From the NCBI GenBank assembly GCA_002457155.1, contig NTJS01000001.1, positions 2,534-66,533 on the forward strand: a stretch of DNA of 64,000 bases, read 5' to 3'. Positions 9,857-20,664 of the stretch are shown piece by piece. The notes below the pieces were generated by a model. It saw only the letters and a program-made list of their open reading frames with translations. It did no database searches and was not told where the DNA came from. Source of the DNA: Marine Group II euryarchaeote MED-G35. GTDB lineage: Archaea > Thermoplasmatota > Poseidoniia > Poseidoniales > Thalassarchaeaceae. Positions within the stretch are counted from its first letter, which is position 1. The number at the start of each line of letters is the position of its first letter. A program made the position numbers and the translations under genes.

Positions 9857-10606
9857 TCATCCCTCGTCCCACCGCTTCCAAGTTTCATCGACAACATCAT
9901 CTTGTGGATCTTCGGATGTCCGAACATCTTCTTTCCAGAACGGGCTTGGAGCTACTTCAGACCTCTCAACATCTGAATTCTCATTCTGGACATCGTCCAT
10001 TATCACACTTCCATTGTTGATAACTAGGAATTGGTCAGGCATCTTCTTTTTGTCCGTCCACACCATGATAGCTAGAATCACACCAACTAGGCCAACGGGA
10101 GAACCGATGCAGCACCCTATGTAGAATAGATACATCCAGAAGTTTCCAAGTAGTTTGTCTGCAGATACTTCGTCGTCAACAAGCCAAAGGTCGGTATCTC
10201 CGTGGTTCTGCAGTGTGTAGTTGCCCCCCAAGTTTTCGAATATTCTCACTGGGGAGTAGATCGTCTTCTCGTCCGAGCCCAGTCGGTTCGGATCACTCCA
10301 CCCCTTCTCCCTTCCTGTTATTTCGGAACCCTCTTCATCCAACAGAGTAAGTTCGGAATCTGGCGTTTCACCATCAGATAGCCTCAGAGCAGTTACCATT
10401 TCCGACTCCTCAATAGCGAAGGTCACTGATTCTCCCGGACCCAATTTAACGAGACTGTTGGCCTCGGGATCGTACGACTCAAGTAGTTCGGGTGACACTT
10501 GCCATAGTGAAACCACAGCTACTAGGAGAAGGATTGCAGAAGACGCAGTCGCGATACGCGCCCACCGCCTTCTTCGTTCAGTCACAACCCCGCCTCTAGT
10601 CACCAT
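9857..10606 (-). CDS. bitopic/two-TM membrane protein, hypothetical
   Basis: N-terminal TM ('ATASSAILLLVAVVSLW') after an Arg-rich stretch. A second TM near the C-terminus ('FWMYLFYIGCCIGSPVGLVGVILAIMVW') is followed by an acidic tail. It lies immediately downstream of top6A (15-bp gap). Confidence 0.5.
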   Translation of the reverse strand: MVTRGGVVTERRRRWARIATASSAILLLVAVVSLWQVSPELLESYDPEANSLVKLGPGESVTFAIEESEMVTALRLSDGETPDSELTLLDEEGSEITGREKGWSDPNRLGSDEKTIYSPVRIFENLGGNYTLQNHGDTDLWLVDDEVSADKLLGNFWMYLFYIGCCIGSPVGLVGVILAIMVWTDKKKMPDQFLVINNGSVIMDDVQNENSDVERSEVAPSPFWKEDVRTSEDPQDDVVDETWKRWDEG

Positions 10607-10621
10607 CTAATAGGGTTGTTT

Positions 10622-11728
10622 TCAGTATGTGATGCCCATTGCCCCTAGCTTTTCTGGCAAGTAGGTGTCAGTCACGAAGTCTAGACCGTACTTCGCAAGA
10701 GACTGCTGCTCAGCCTTCTTCCCAATCTCCTGCATCAACTGTATCTGTTCCTGCCACCATCCGGTTGCGAATCTGGGGTCGCTAAGCTCTGCATTCAGAG
10801 CATTCAGATCTTGCTTAGTCAAGTCATCGCTTGGCAGGTCATAGGCTAGGATGTCATCCGCGGTAATCCCTAGGTAGGTCGCTTCCTTGGTTGCCAAGTA
10901 CTCGGAGATATGGGCCGTCTTTATCGCGCCATATGCTATGCTCGCGTATATCCTAAATGACCAGGGGTCGCAGTCTGCGAATACCATTATCGGCTTGTTC
11001 CACTGATCGCTCATCCTCCTCATTATCCTCCTAGTCGATCTAGCCGGTTGCCCCTTTAGATGAACCAACGCGCACCTCGCCTCCTCGTCAAAACCATTCT
11101 CCACGAGTCTGTCGAACATCCCACCCGTCTCTATCGCCATTACGAAGTCAATGTCCTCTTCGACCAACCGCAGTTTCTCAGGTTCCACGTTGTATGGTAC
11201 TCCATAGCCCGAATCACCAACGTCGTCTCGACAGTTAATCCTCATCCAGTCCCCTTTCCGATTCCTCTCTTCAAATGTCACATTGCCAATTATTCGAGCC
11301 CCATCCTCCTCTGGCCTAAGCCCAAAGTCCTCCCTCATGCATTTGGTGACTATTTCCAGGTCTTCGGAGACCCCATTGCTCTCATTCTGGCTCGAGAACT
11401 TGCCGTGCCCCCATCCCTCAGAGATGTAGTACATCTCTCTAAGTGTCGAGGTCTTGCCATCAGAAATCATGCCCTCTACGAATTCTGTGATGTGCAGAGC
11501 CCTCAGCAGTTGTCGGGCCGAACCTAGGGATGTTGCGTCTCTAATTGTCCTCTTCTTCCCATACTTGTACACCCCCAACTTCTTGTCGAATCCGATGTTT
11601 GACTTCGATCTCACTGGAAGGGTCATTGTTGGAGGGTTCCCTCTCAACATCTTGTCATGCATCTCTGAGGCGACCCCATGCAATGCATCGATCACCTCCT
11701 CCTTCGTCTTCTGTCTGTCCATCGTCAT
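10622..11728 (-). CDS. top6A: DNA topoisomerase VI subunit A (Spo11-like)
   Basis: 368 aa; '[13 protein letters not shown]', '[15 protein letters not shown]' and a Toprim region '[15 protein letters not shown]'. Overlaps top6B by 4 bp (ATGA). Confidence 0.9.
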   Translation of the reverse strand: MTMDRQKTKEEVIDALHGVASEMHDKMLRGNPPTMTLPVRSKSNIGFDKKLGVYKYGKKRTIRDATSLGSARQLLRALHITEFVEGMISDGKTSTLREMYYISEGWGHGKFSSQNESNGVSEDLEIVTKCMREDFGLRPEEDGARIIGNVTFEERNRKGDWMRINCRDDVGDSGYGVPYNVEPEKLRLVEEDIDFVMAIETGGMFDRLVENGFDEEARCALVHLKGQPARSTRRIMRRMSDQWNKPIMVFADCDPWSFRIYASIAYGAIKTAHISEYLATKEATYLGITADDILAYDLPSDDLTKQDLNALNAELSDPRFATGWWQEQIQLMQEIGKKAEQQSLAKYGLDFVTDTYLPEKLGAMGITY

Positions 11729-13812
11729 TCAATTCCCTCCAATTCATCCTTAGTTGAGAAATCTCCAAACAGGCTTGTCTGCCCTTCATCCAATGACTGA
11801 GACTGCGAGACCTCACTCTGTTCCGCCCTTTCCTTAAGCTGGGAAATCGCCTCCTTCGGTTTCTCGAATTCTGACTCCGCAGCCTCTAGTGCCTCGGACT
11901 TCCTTAGTTCCTCAAGCAACTTCTCATCAATCTTGGTCGCTCCGATTACTTCTCCGTTGCCTCTGTAGAATATCTCCGCATCACTCCACTCGCCCTTTCT
12001 AAGTCCCGAGACTCCGAAGTGAATTGTCGTAGCTGAGCCAGGATTTAGCGTATCCAGCCTCCAAGCCCAGAGGCCATTCGCCTGCTTATTTCCACCTAGG
12101 GCGTTTTCGGAAATTTTCGTCTCCTTGCTTTCAGGCCATTTGGCTAGAATTGTATACGCCCGTGCCCTTGCGGTGTAGTTGTAAATCGTAATTGAACAAG
12201 TAGCAAGCTTCCTCTCATCATCCCACCCCAATTCTTCTTCACAGAATACAGCATCCATTATCTTCGTGATTATTGGAGCCAAATCCGGCTCTTCCCTCGA
12301 TAGCAATTCCGAGGATTTCTTCGAAATCTCAGGGAGAATTATGTTAATCAGCTCGAATTTCTCTCTGGCCTTCTTTCTCTGGGAACTCTTTTTCAGATGC
12401 CCCTTCAGACCTCTGCCAACCTCTAGCATGGCTAGACGAATCTCTTCGAAAACCTCCTCATTGTCCGAAACAGCCTCCTTTGCCTCGCTAGTGAATTGTA
12501 CATTTGTTGATGCTAAGTGGATCAGGACGGCGGCAGGTCCTTTGGGAATTCCCTTCCCTCCGGGGTGATCCAGCCCGTATCTTTTCCAATCGACAGCCTC
12601 GAGGGCTTTAGTGAGAAGACAACCTCCCTGTTGATACATCAGCGGGACCCTGTTTGCGAACCGTAGAACTTCTATTGGCCCCTCTGCACTAAGGTCCCCT
12701 CCAAAAACCAATCCGACTTCAATTTGAAATGGGTTCCCCTGAGTAACCTTAGGACTCCTAGTAATAGTGGATGCGAAACGAGAGTCTATGGCTTTCGATA
12801 GCCCCTTTTTGATCAGCAAGTCCTCGATTGGCGAAAGACAATCAGTGGGTGGAGAAAGCAATTTGACTTTTCTGAAGGCCGAAACCATTCCCTGTGCATC
12901 ATCTGCTGAGATTCTCTTTGGGCTCCTACCTTCGGCCAATCCAGCCGATGCAAGGATTTCCCGCGCTGCTCGCATACTGACTCCGGAGAAGTTGTGCCTG
13001 AGAAAAGAAGTCATCTTCCTCTCTTCGGACTCTCTCAACATCCTCTGCAGGGATCCCAGTTGTATTCCATGAGGATGAGGGCGGATCTCGCTAACTTCTC
13101 GCGGCAATCTCTCGGTAGTCCTTTGCCAATCTCCCTCCTCGATAACGCTCCCGTCTCTGTCACGTACCACCAGGGAGATACTAGCATGAGGATTCACAAT
13201 GGAGGTCATTCGTAGGTACTGATGAACGGACTGCCTTCCCCTCTGGTACTTTGCCCGCATCTCGCACTCTATCCTTAATCCATGAGAAACGCTCTCCCCA
13301 GTTTCCTCATCCAGCCATATGTCCCTGCTTTCTCCTGACTTTGTTGCACGATTTCTCCTTGTGTCAATACCTAGTTCAACGAACACTGCCGATGAGTCTT
13401 TGGCTATCTTGGAGACTACCTTTGTCTTTGACCCAGCAGTCAATTGACTGTACATCACAACTCCGGTGATGCCAATCCCTTGCTGGCCCCTGGTTTGTCT
13501 GATTGCATGGAACCTCGAACCCAGTAGAAACTTTCCAAACACATTCTCGATATCCTCTCTAGGTATTCCCGGACCATTGTCTTGTGTGATCATCCTCAGC
13601 CTGTCTCCCTTCATTCTTTGGATTTCCACATTTATCTCAGGCAGTATCCTTTCCTCCTCACAAGCATCTAGGGAATTATCCACTGCTTCCTTTACAGCCG
13701 TGATGATCGATCTCTGAAGGGTATCGAATCCTAGGAAATGTTTGTTCTTCTCAAAGAACTCGCTAATTGAAATCTGCTTTTGTTTGCTAGAGAGTCTTTC
13801 TGCAGGGTCCAT
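11725..13812 (-). CDS. top6B: DNA topoisomerase VI subunit B (GHKL ATPase)
   Basis: Bergerat-fold motifs 'AVKEAVDNSLDACEE', 'DNGPGIPREDIENVFGKFLLGSRF' and 'TRGQQGIGITG'. Transducer and H2TH regions follow. 695 aa with a C-terminal acidic extension. Confidence 0.9.
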   Translation of the reverse strand: MDPAERLSSKQKQISISEFFEKNKHFLGFDTLQRSIITAVKEAVDNSLDACEEERILPEINVEIQRMKGDRLRMITQDNGPGIPREDIENVFGKFLLGSRFHAIRQTRGQQGIGITGVVMYSQLTAGSKTKVVSKIAKDSSAVFVELGIDTRRNRATKSGESRDIWLDEETGESVSHGLRIECEMRAKYQRGRQSVHQYLRMTSIVNPHASISLVVRDRDGSVIEEGDWQRTTERLPREVSEIRPHPHGIQLGSLQRMLRESEERKMTSFLRHNFSGVSMRAAREILASAGLAEGRSPKRISADDAQGMVSAFRKVKLLSPPTDCLSPIEDLLIKKGLSKAIDSRFASTITRSPKVTQGNPFQIEVGLVFGGDLSAEGPIEVLRFANRVPLMYQQGGCLLTKALEAVDWKRYGLDHPGGKGIPKGPAAVLIHLASTNVQFTSEAKEAVSDNEEVFEEIRLAMLEVGRGLKGHLKKSSQRKKAREKFELINIILPEISKKSSELLSREEPDLAPIITKIMDAVFCEEELGWDDERKLATCSITIYNYTARARAYTILAKWPESKETKISENALGGNKQANGLWAWRLDTLNPGSATTIHFGVSGLRKGEWSDAEIFYRGNGEVIGATKIDEKLLEELRKSEALEAAESEFEKPKEAISQLKERAEQSEVSQSQSLDEGQTSLFGDFSTKDELEGIE

Positions 13813-13930
13813 TCATCCACCACCACCAAGTCCTCCCTTGTCCGAATGACGAGGGGCTTGCAAGGTAGCCCTTGCCCGCCATGAGACCGCTATTGAACAA
13901 TGCCCCAAGTTCTAGGCGGAGTCGTCCGTT

Positions 13931-15937
13931 TCAGAGGAATACCTCAGGATGCCATGATGTGATTTTGCCAGTGAAGGCACTAGTCATTACTGTGAGAGGA
14001 CTCGCAAGATAGAGCTTCCCGGGTCCCGAACGACCCTGGAAGTTCCTATTTATCGCTGAGACAGTCACCTGTTCGGGGTCATCACTAACTCCCGGGCCTG
14101 CTCCTATGCAAGCCCCACACCCAGGATCGATTAGTTTCACTCCCGCCTTCTCGAATGTTTCAGTCCACCCCATCTTCATTGACAGCTCCTTCACTGACTT
14201 TGATCCGAACTGGATGTAGCAGTCTACCCCTTCTGGAACAATTAGACCTGCCTTTAGCGCCGCTTCGCAGACCATAGCGTAGTATGAGAAATCATCATCC
14301 TTGCCAGCAGTGCACGATCCAGCATATGCTATGTCGATTGAAACATCGCCAATATCATCTATGTATGCGCCGTTCGTTGGATCAGAGGGCACCCCCTCGT
14401 CGGGGCTTCCCGGATGAGCAACCATTGGCCTGATCTGTGACAAATCAATTTCATGAACCCCCCCTCCATAAATCGCCCCAATATCCGGTAAAACGAAACC
14501 TAGTCTAATTGATTCCCGATCCAAATCTTCTCTACGAGGTATCAACCAGTCTACGGTAACATCATCAGCTTCACAAATGCCAGTCTTTGCACTACATTCG
14601 GTAGCCATATTGCAAAGTGTGGCCCTTTCATCCATGGAAAGGCTCGCAAGACCTGCTCCACCAAACTCCATGCTCATGTCCAAGGTCTCTGACTTTGCAG
14701 CAAAACGCCACAGTATGTGCAGAATCACATCCTTGGCAGTACATCCGGGGTCAAGCTCTCCAATCAATTCGAACCGGATACTCTCGGGGACTTTTACAAA
14801 TGCGAATTGATTGTGAATCAGATTCGCATATTCCGTCGACCCGACACCATATGCCAGCGCATTGGATGCACCACCCATGCAAGTGTGAGAGTCGGTGGCC
14901 TGGATGAAATCGCCAACGTCTATGAATTCCTCTCGAGCGACTTGATGGCATATCCCCGGGCTAACCCCGTCCTTGGCGGAGTAATCTCGAACTCCAGTAT
15001 GTTCTTGGAAAGAGTTCTGCATATCTCTCAGAGTCTGAATCTTATCAGCGAACTTACCGAACCTTGGGACTCCCGTAGCATATAGCAAATGGTCCTCAAA
15101 AACGGCAAATTTCGAAGGATTCGGAACGTCATAATCATCCCCGTACTCGTTTGCTAGGAACGTGTGAACCTGAGCCGTTGTGAACTCGTGGGAGTATCCA
15201 CCATCAACTTGAGCTAGCACTGCGTCCCCTGGTTTGACGAATCTTTTCTCCCCATTTGTCCCAAGGAGCTTTTTCGAAACCAATTTTTCAATCATAGTCA
15301 TGGGTCGCTCTTCCGTACTGAACTCGGGTAGAACGACAGTGCCTTCCTTCAATCTCTTCGCAAAGGGAAGTATCCCTCCATTCTCAAGAATCAGACTACT
15401 GACCGGATCATACTTTTTCGTAAACTCAGATAGGGGGATTCTCTCCTTGTTCTGGAGCCTCATCAGCATCGAATGATCCCCCATTAACTGACCTAGATTC
15501 AGATTGTTCCTCTCGTGAATAGGAGCAAAGGATGCGGCAATGACAATCCTGATTCCTGACCACCTCTCACATTGTGGCGCAGTCTCTCTACTGGAACCGG
15601 TCCCCTTCCTGTGTCCTGAAACGATTACCTCGAACTCACCATCAATCAAAGCGCGCGGCTGGAATACCCTACTCCCCTCATGCATCAAACCGGCATATGC
15701 ATTCTCAGCAATCATGGCCGGCTCATGATCAAAACAAACCCAAGCCGGAGTCATCACATCGGTATTTATGTCGTCTAGTAGTTCGTCAACGGACAAGTCT
15801 TCCATTCTGAGATTCAATCCATCATAGAGTTGCCTTCGAATTAACTCAAGGTTCTTAGTTAGGAAGAGAACCCTTTTTCCAGGAGTTAGGCTGATATTAT
15901 CGGGTGGCCATTCTCCTCTCGACATTCTGTCCCTCAC
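13931..15937 (-). CDS. aconitase-family (4Fe-4S) hydro-lyase with N-terminal swivel (LeuD-like) domain fused to the catalytic domain
   Basis: The N-terminal roughly 190 aa carry 'GTGSSRETAPQ...GIRIVIAASFAPIHERNNLNLG' (swivel/small-subunit signature). The catalytic part has 'ATDSHTCMGG', 'AGSCTAGKDDD' and 'DPGCGACIGAGPG...SAINRNFQGRSG'. This is an AcnB-like domain order without a HEAT domain. Confidence 0.8.
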   Translation of the reverse strand: MRDRMSRGEWPPDNISLTPGKRVLFLTKNLELIRRQLYDGLNLRMEDLSVDELLDDINTDVMTPAWVCFDHEPAMIAENAYAGLMHEGSRVFQPRALIDGEFEVIVSGHRKGTGSSRETAPQCERWSGIRIVIAASFAPIHERNNLNLGQLMGDHSMLMRLQNKERIPLSEFTKKYDPVSSLILENGGILPFAKRLKEGTVVLPEFSTEERPMTMIEKLVSKKLLGTNGEKRFVKPGDAVLAQVDGGYSHEFTTAQVHTFLANEYGDDYDVPNPSKFAVFEDHLLYATGVPRFGKFADKIQTLRDMQNSFQEHTGVRDYSAKDGVSPGICHQVAREEFIDVGDFIQATDSHTCMGGASNALAYGVGSTEYANLIHNQFAFVKVPESIRFELIGELDPGCTAKDVILHILWRFAAKSETLDMSMEFGGAGLASLSMDERATLCNMATECSAKTGICEADDVTVDWLIPRREDLDRESIRLGFVLPDIGAIYGGGVHEIDLSQIRPMVAHPGSPDEGVPSDPTNGAYIDDIGDVSIDIAYAGSCTAGKDDDFSYYAMVCEAALKAGLIVPEGVDCYIQFGSKSVKELSMKMGWTETFEKAGVKLIDPGCGACIGAGPGVSDDPEQVTVSAINRNFQGRSGPGKLYLASPLTVMTSAFTGKITSWHPEVFL

Positions 15938-16014
15938 ATACTCCCAGCGAAGAGTCTTATTTCACGATTCTCGATAACTTTCCAACTCATTTCCCTCATA
16001 ATGGGACTAATTTC

Positions 16015-16086
16015 TAAAGTTATAACCTTAAATAAGATGCCAATTGCGAATTTAATACCTTTTTGCTAAAAGGGGGGTGAGGATGA
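16015..16086 (+). promoter_or_regulatory. AT-rich promoter region of tfb: TATA-like boxes plus a G-rich Shine-Dalgarno
   Basis: 'ttataaccttaaataag' (around 16018-16036) and 'tttaatacc' (around 16049-16057) are TATA candidates. 'ggggggtgagg' sits immediately before the ATG at 16087. This is also the divergent promoter for the aconitase-family gene. Confidence 0.35.
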
Positions 16087-17010
16087 ATGTCATACCTTGT
16101 AGAAGACACCGTGAAGTGCGATGAATGTGGAAGCCGACAACTGAAGAAAGACGAATCCAGAGGAGAAGTTGTCTGTGAAGACTGCGGCCTCGTTCTGGAG
16201 GACAAGGTGATTGACCAGGGCGCAGAGTGGCGTGTCTTCAGTCCCGAGCAAGGAGATCAGCGCGCAAGAACCGGTGCACCCATGACAGTTATGCTGCATG
16301 ATAAGGGACTTTCCACAGACATCGACTGGCAGAACAAGGACTACTCTGGAAAGTCGATTTCCAGCAGATACAGGAGTCAGTTCTACAGGATGAGGAAGTG
16401 GCAGAAGAGATCCCGAGTCAGTAATGCTACCGAGCGAAACAAGGCAATGGCTTTGGCAGAACTTGACAGAATGGCAAGCCGATTGGAACTCCCCAAGACG
16501 ATTAGAGAGACAGCTGCCGTAACATATGGAAAGGCAGTTGATGCAAGGCTAATCCGAGGCCGGTCCATCGAAGGAGTAGCAGCTGCAAGCCTATACGCAG
16601 CCTGCCGAATTTGCGAGAACCCACGTACTCTGGACGAGATTGGGGAGGCTAGCAGGACAGGAAGGAAAGAGATTGGCCGAACATATCGTTTCATGGTCAG
16701 GGAGCTAAGGATGAAGATACCACCCACCAAGCCGGAGGACTACATACCAAGGTTCTGCTCTGGTCTTGATCTAGACGCAGAGGTGCAAGCCAAGGCATAT
16801 GAGTTGATTGCTGCTGCACAGGAGAAGGAACTTACTAGCGGTAGGGGGCCAACAGGAATCGCTGCATCGATCATCTACATCGCAAGCGTCCTCTGTGGGA
16901 AGAGGAGGACTCAGCGCGAGGTCGCCGAGGTGGCTGGAGTCACTGAGGTTACAATCAGAAACAGGTACAAGGAACTCATACAGAATCTAAACATAGAACT
17001 CGAGATTTGA
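16087..17010 (+). CDS. tfb: transcription initiation factor IIB (TFB)
   Basis: N-terminal Zn ribbon '[26 protein letters not shown]', a B-reader/linker, and two cyclin-fold repeats ('[16 protein letters not shown]', '[16 protein letters not shown]'). Confidence 0.9.
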   Translation: MSYLVEDTVKCDECGSRQLKKDESRGEVVCEDCGLVLEDKVIDQGAEWRVFSPEQGDQRARTGAPMTVMLHDKGLSTDIDWQNKDYSGKSISSRYRSQFYRMRKWQKRSRVSNATERNKAMALAELDRMASRLELPKTIRETAAVTYGKAVDARLIRGRSIEGVAAASLYAACRICENPRTLDEIGEASRTGRKEIGRTYRFMVRELRMKIPPTKPEDYIPRFCSGLDLDAEVQAKAYELIAAAQEKELTSGRGPTGIAASIIYIASVLCGKRRTQREVAEVAGVTEVTIRNRYKELIQNLNIELEI

Positions 17011-17019
17011 GATCTAAGA

Positions 17020-20000
17020 TTACGAGCAACCAGTTGTCGAACCGCATTCGTTGCACTTCAGGCAAGTCCCGTTCCTGACCATCTGGCTGCCACCGCAGTC
17101 ATCACAGATGTCTCCGGTGAATCCCCTCTCCTTCGCAGCCTGCCTGGCCTTCGTATCCGCATCAACGATCGGTCCCACGGCAGCCTCCAGGGTCATCTGG
17201 ACCTCGCGCCTCTCGCCCTGTCTCCGGGCTAGCCCCTGTTCGGTCACCTCGGGCCTGCTGATAGAGAATGGATCCAGGTCTTCTTCCTCTAGAGGAACGT
17301 GCGCAAGGTCGTTCCTGCCAGCATACTCGATTGCGAGCTCCCGGAAGACCCAGTCGATGATGCTCGAGGACATCTTCACTCTGCCACTGCCGCCCTCTAT
17401 CATTCCGCTCGGCTCGAACTTGGTGAATGTGAACGATTTCACGAACGCATCTATCGGAACCCCGTGCTGTAAACCAATTGACACCGCTATGGCGAACTGA
17501 GACAGGAGAGCCCTCCAAGCAGCACCTTCCTTGGAGGTCAGTAGGAAGATCTCACCGAGCTTTCCATCTTCGTATTCCCCAGTGATCAGTCGTACGCTAT
17601 GGCCACCGACTCTGGCCTTGAAGTTCGCTCCTCTCTTCCTGTTTGGAAGCACCCTCTTGGACGCGATGTAGTTCTCAACAAGCGCCTTTGCAACCGGCAT
17701 GGCTACCGGTTCTGGCAGAGGGAGAGCACTGGCTGCCTCCTCTACCATCTTCTCCACAACTGCCTCTTCTTCTTCCTCCTCTTCGACTTCCATCGAGTCG
17801 ACTAGTTGGCTCATCAGTGGTTGTGACAGTTTGCTACCATCTCTGTACACCGCACAAGCCTTGTTCATAGTGGCGTGACTGAGGTTGTAGGCTTCCCGAA
17901 CGTCCTCTATTGAAGCATCAGAAGGCATGTTGATGGTTTTTGAAATCGCCCCGGATATGAAGGGCTGGGCAGCTGCCATCATCTTGACGTGAGCATCCCA
18001 GGCGATTGACCGCTTACCGTACTTTCCGCATGGGGTGGCACAGTCGAATACAGCGAGGTGCTCGTCCTTCAAACCGGGTGCTCCTTCAATGGTATTGTAT
18101 CCGAAGATGTGATCATTCGCAGAGTCAATCTCCTGTCCAGTGAATCCGATGAATCCTAGGGTATCGAAGAACAGGTCATCAACTTGGGCTTTCGTCATTC
18201 CGAGCTTTCCTACGCAGAATTCCTCACCAAGGATGGATGGTGCGAAAGCAGACCTCAAGTCGAAGACATCCCCCAGTTTCCCTTCAATCGATGCGAGAAG
18301 AGCATTATCGAACCCAGCATCCTTCAATCTCTCAACTGGCAGGCTCGGGCAGTCACCCAGCCTCTTCGTTCCCATGATGAACTCCTCTATAGAGAGGGCA
18401 TCGCTTTCAGAATAACCCAGCCTGCTAAGAGCATTGGGAACTCCGTGATTGATGATTCTCAGAGAACCGCCACCCGCGAGCGTTTTGTACTGCACCAGGG
18501 AGAATTGGGGCTCCACACCGGTTGTGTCGGCTCCCATGACCAGTCCTATTGTTCCGGTCGGGGCTATCACTGTGGTCTGGGCGTTCCTGAATCCGTGCTC
18601 TTCCCCCTCCAACAGTGCCCTGTCCCAGCAACTCCTTGCTGCGTCCAGGAGATCCTTGGGACATTTCTTCGAGTTAATCCCCATCGGGGAGACCGTCAGC
18701 CCCTCGTATTCTGAGTCGGGGGCATCGTATGCTGCCCTCCTGTGGTTCCGCATAACTCTGAGCATGTCGTCAGCATTCCTCTCGTAGTCGGGGAACGGCC
18801 CAAGGATGGATGCCATCTCTGCGCTAGTAGCGTAACTCTCACCGCACATTATCGAGGTTAACGCACCGCAAATGGCGTAAGCTCGCTCGTCATCGTATGG
18901 AATTCCCATGTGCATCAATAGCGATCCGATGTTGCAGTAACCAAGACCAAGGGTTCTGTAGTCGTACGACCCCTTTGCAATCGACTCAGAAGGGAACTGC
19001 GCCATAAGGACACTAATCTCAAGGGTCGTGGTCCAGAGCCTGACACTGTGTCTGAAGTCCTCGACGTTGAACTGATGAGTATCTAGGTCGTAGTAGTGAA
19101 GCAGGTTGATGCTCGCTAGATTGCACGCTGTGTCATCCAGGAACATGTATTCCGAACAGGGGTTTGATCCGTTGATCTTACCAGCCTCTGGACACGTATG
19201 CCACTCGTTGATTGTGGTGTCGAACTGAACTCCTGGATCAGCACATGCCCAGGCTGTATATGCGACCTTGTCCCACAAAGCTCCCGCATCGAGAGTCTTG
19301 CAGGGAACAGGGTCCCTCCCCTCATCTGCTGCAGACTCTCTCTCTGTTCTGAAGTAGAGATTCCATTCTCCATCGGACTTGACTGCATCCATGAATGAGT
19401 TGGGGACCCTAACTGAATTGTTGCTGTTCTGCCCGGACACAGTAGCGTAGGCCTCGCCCTGCCAGTCCGTGTCTAGAGACTCAAACTCCAAACCCTTCCA
19501 GCCTTGCTCAGATAGGTCCAGTATTCTCTGAATATGGGCCTGTGGAACACTATCGTTTATGGCACGGACCATTGCTTTCCTAAGTCCTAGGTTTGTTTTC
19601 TGGCTGAATCTACCTTCGTCATCTCCAAATGACCAAATTGCCTCCATTATCGAATCTGCATGCTTTTGCAGGATTGCACTACCGATTACTAGAGCGGAAA
19701 CCTTCTCCTCCTCCGTTGGCTTCCAATCGATGTACTCTTCGATGTCAGGATGATCTAGGTCTAAGGTAACCATCTTTGCTGCCCTTCTGGTGGTGCCTCC
19801 GGATTTTATCGCGCCAGCGGCCCTGTCCCCAATCTTCAGGAACGACAGGAGGCCGCTCGAAGTTCCACCACCGGAGAGGGGTTCCCCCGCCCCCCTGATG
19901 TTAGAGAAGTTAGAACCCGTCCCCGATCCATACTTGAAAAGAAGTGCCTCCCGATTCCAAAGACCCATTATTGAATCGGTCCCACCCACGAGAGAGTCCG

Positions 20001-20664
20001 AGACAGACTGAATGAAGCAAGCATGTGGCTGGGGATGCTCGTAGGCGCTAGTGGATAGGCCAACTTCACCAGTCTCTGGGTCAACGAAACTGTGACCTTG
20101 GGGAGGCCCTTCAATCCCATATGCCCAGTGAAGACCTGTGTTGAACCACTGGGGGCTGTTTGGCGCTGATCGCTGACTAGCAATCAGATAGCACATCTCA
20201 TCGAAGTACGCACGGGCATCTGCCTCGCTTGCGAAGTAGCCGTACTTCCAGCCCCAGTAGGTCCAGGTCCCTGCGAGTCGACGGAAGAGTTGCCTTCCAT
20301 CAGTCTCACCACCCATTCTTTCGGTAGCATCAGTTGATTGCAACCGCTCGTGATCCGGCTCACTTCGCTGTAGCCAGATGGGAACTCCTTCTTCAGGAAC
20401 GCTTCGAAGGTGCTTTGGAACACCTGCCTTGCGCAGATACTTCTGAGCACAAACCTTCCCAGGGATTCCCGAGAATCCCGAAGGCAACTTCACACCCTCT
20501 ATCGAGTCAGCCATGGAACCATCAGGATTCCTAATCTCTACATCCATGACAATCCAATCGAAGGTGTCGAAGGGATCTTGACCTGCAGACGTGAATCTAC
20601 GCTCTACGACCAACCCCTTCTCTGCGTCAGAGCCATCTCCTGAGGACTTAATTTTAGTCTGCAT
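17020..20664 (-). CDS. nrdJ: adenosylcobalamin-dependent ribonucleotide reductase (class II, monomeric NrdJ) with C-terminal TSCPD/Zn-ribbon domain
   Basis: 1214 aa with RNR barrel motifs ('ACNLASINL', 'NPCSEYMFLDDTACNLASI', 'VIAPTGTIGLVMGADTTGVEPQFS', 'ISKTINMP'). The C-terminus has 'KRGANFKARVGGHSVRLITGEYEDGKLGEIFL' (TSCPD-like) and 'CDDCGGSQMVRNGTCLKCNECG'. Confidence 0.9.
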   Translation of the reverse strand: MQTKIKSSGDGSDAEKGLVVERRFTSAGQDPFDTFDWIVMDVEIRNPDGSMADSIEGVKLPSGFSGIPGKVCAQKYLRKAGVPKHLRSVPEEGVPIWLQRSEPDHERLQSTDATERMGGETDGRQLFRRLAGTWTYWGWKYGYFASEADARAYFDEMCYLIASQRSAPNSPQWFNTGLHWAYGIEGPPQGHSFVDPETGEVGLSTSAYEHPQPHACFIQSVSDSLVGGTDSIMGLWNREALLFKYGSGTGSNFSNIRGAGEPLSGGGTSSGLLSFLKIGDRAAGAIKSGGTTRRAAKMVTLDLDHPDIEEYIDWKPTEEEKVSALVIGSAILQKHADSIMEAIWSFGDDEGRFSQKTNLGLRKAMVRAINDSVPQAHIQRILDLSEQGWKGLEFESLDTDWQGEAYATVSGQNSNNSVRVPNSFMDAVKSDGEWNLYFRTERESAADEGRDPVPCKTLDAGALWDKVAYTAWACADPGVQFDTTINEWHTCPEAGKINGSNPCSEYMFLDDTACNLASINLLHYYDLDTHQFNVEDFRHSVRLWTTTLEISVLMAQFPSESIAKGSYDYRTLGLGYCNIGSLLMHMGIPYDDERAYAICGALTSIMCGESYATSAEMASILGPFPDYERNADDMLRVMRNHRRAAYDAPDSEYEGLTVSPMGINSKKCPKDLLDAARSCWDRALLEGEEHGFRNAQTTVIAPTGTIGLVMGADTTGVEPQFSLVQYKTLAGGGSLRIINHGVPNALSRLGYSESDALSIEEFIMGTKRLGDCPSLPVERLKDAGFDNALLASIEGKLGDVFDLRSAFAPSILGEEFCVGKLGMTKAQVDDLFFDTLGFIGFTGQEIDSANDHIFGYNTIEGAPGLKDEHLAVFDCATPCGKYGKRSIAWDAHVKMMAAAQPFISGAISKTINMPSDASIEDVREAYNLSHATMNKACAVYRDGSKLSQPLMSQLVDSMEVEEEEEEEAVVEKMVEEAASALPLPEPVAMPVAKALVENYIASKRVLPNRKRGANFKARVGGHSVRLITGEYEDGKLGEIFLLTSKEGAAWRALLSQFAIAVSIGLQHGVPIDAFVKSFTFTKFEPSGMIEGGSGRVKMSSSIIDWVFRELAIEYAGRNDLAHVPLEEEDLDPFSISRPEVTEQGLARRQGERREVQMTLEAAVGPIVDADTKARQAAKERGFTGDICDDCGGSQMVRNGTCLKCNECGSTTGCS

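Noticed and set aside
16090-16730. ORFs antisense to tfb (16090..16299, 16383..16730)
   Set aside because: TFB identification is secure; the antisense ORFs lack motifs.
17020-20664. Possible intein in the unusually long nrdJ (1214 aa)
   Set aside because: No HN-(C/S/T) splice junction or intein blocks. The extra length is explained by the acidic linker and the C-terminal TSCPD/Zn-ribbon domain typical of long NrdJ forms.
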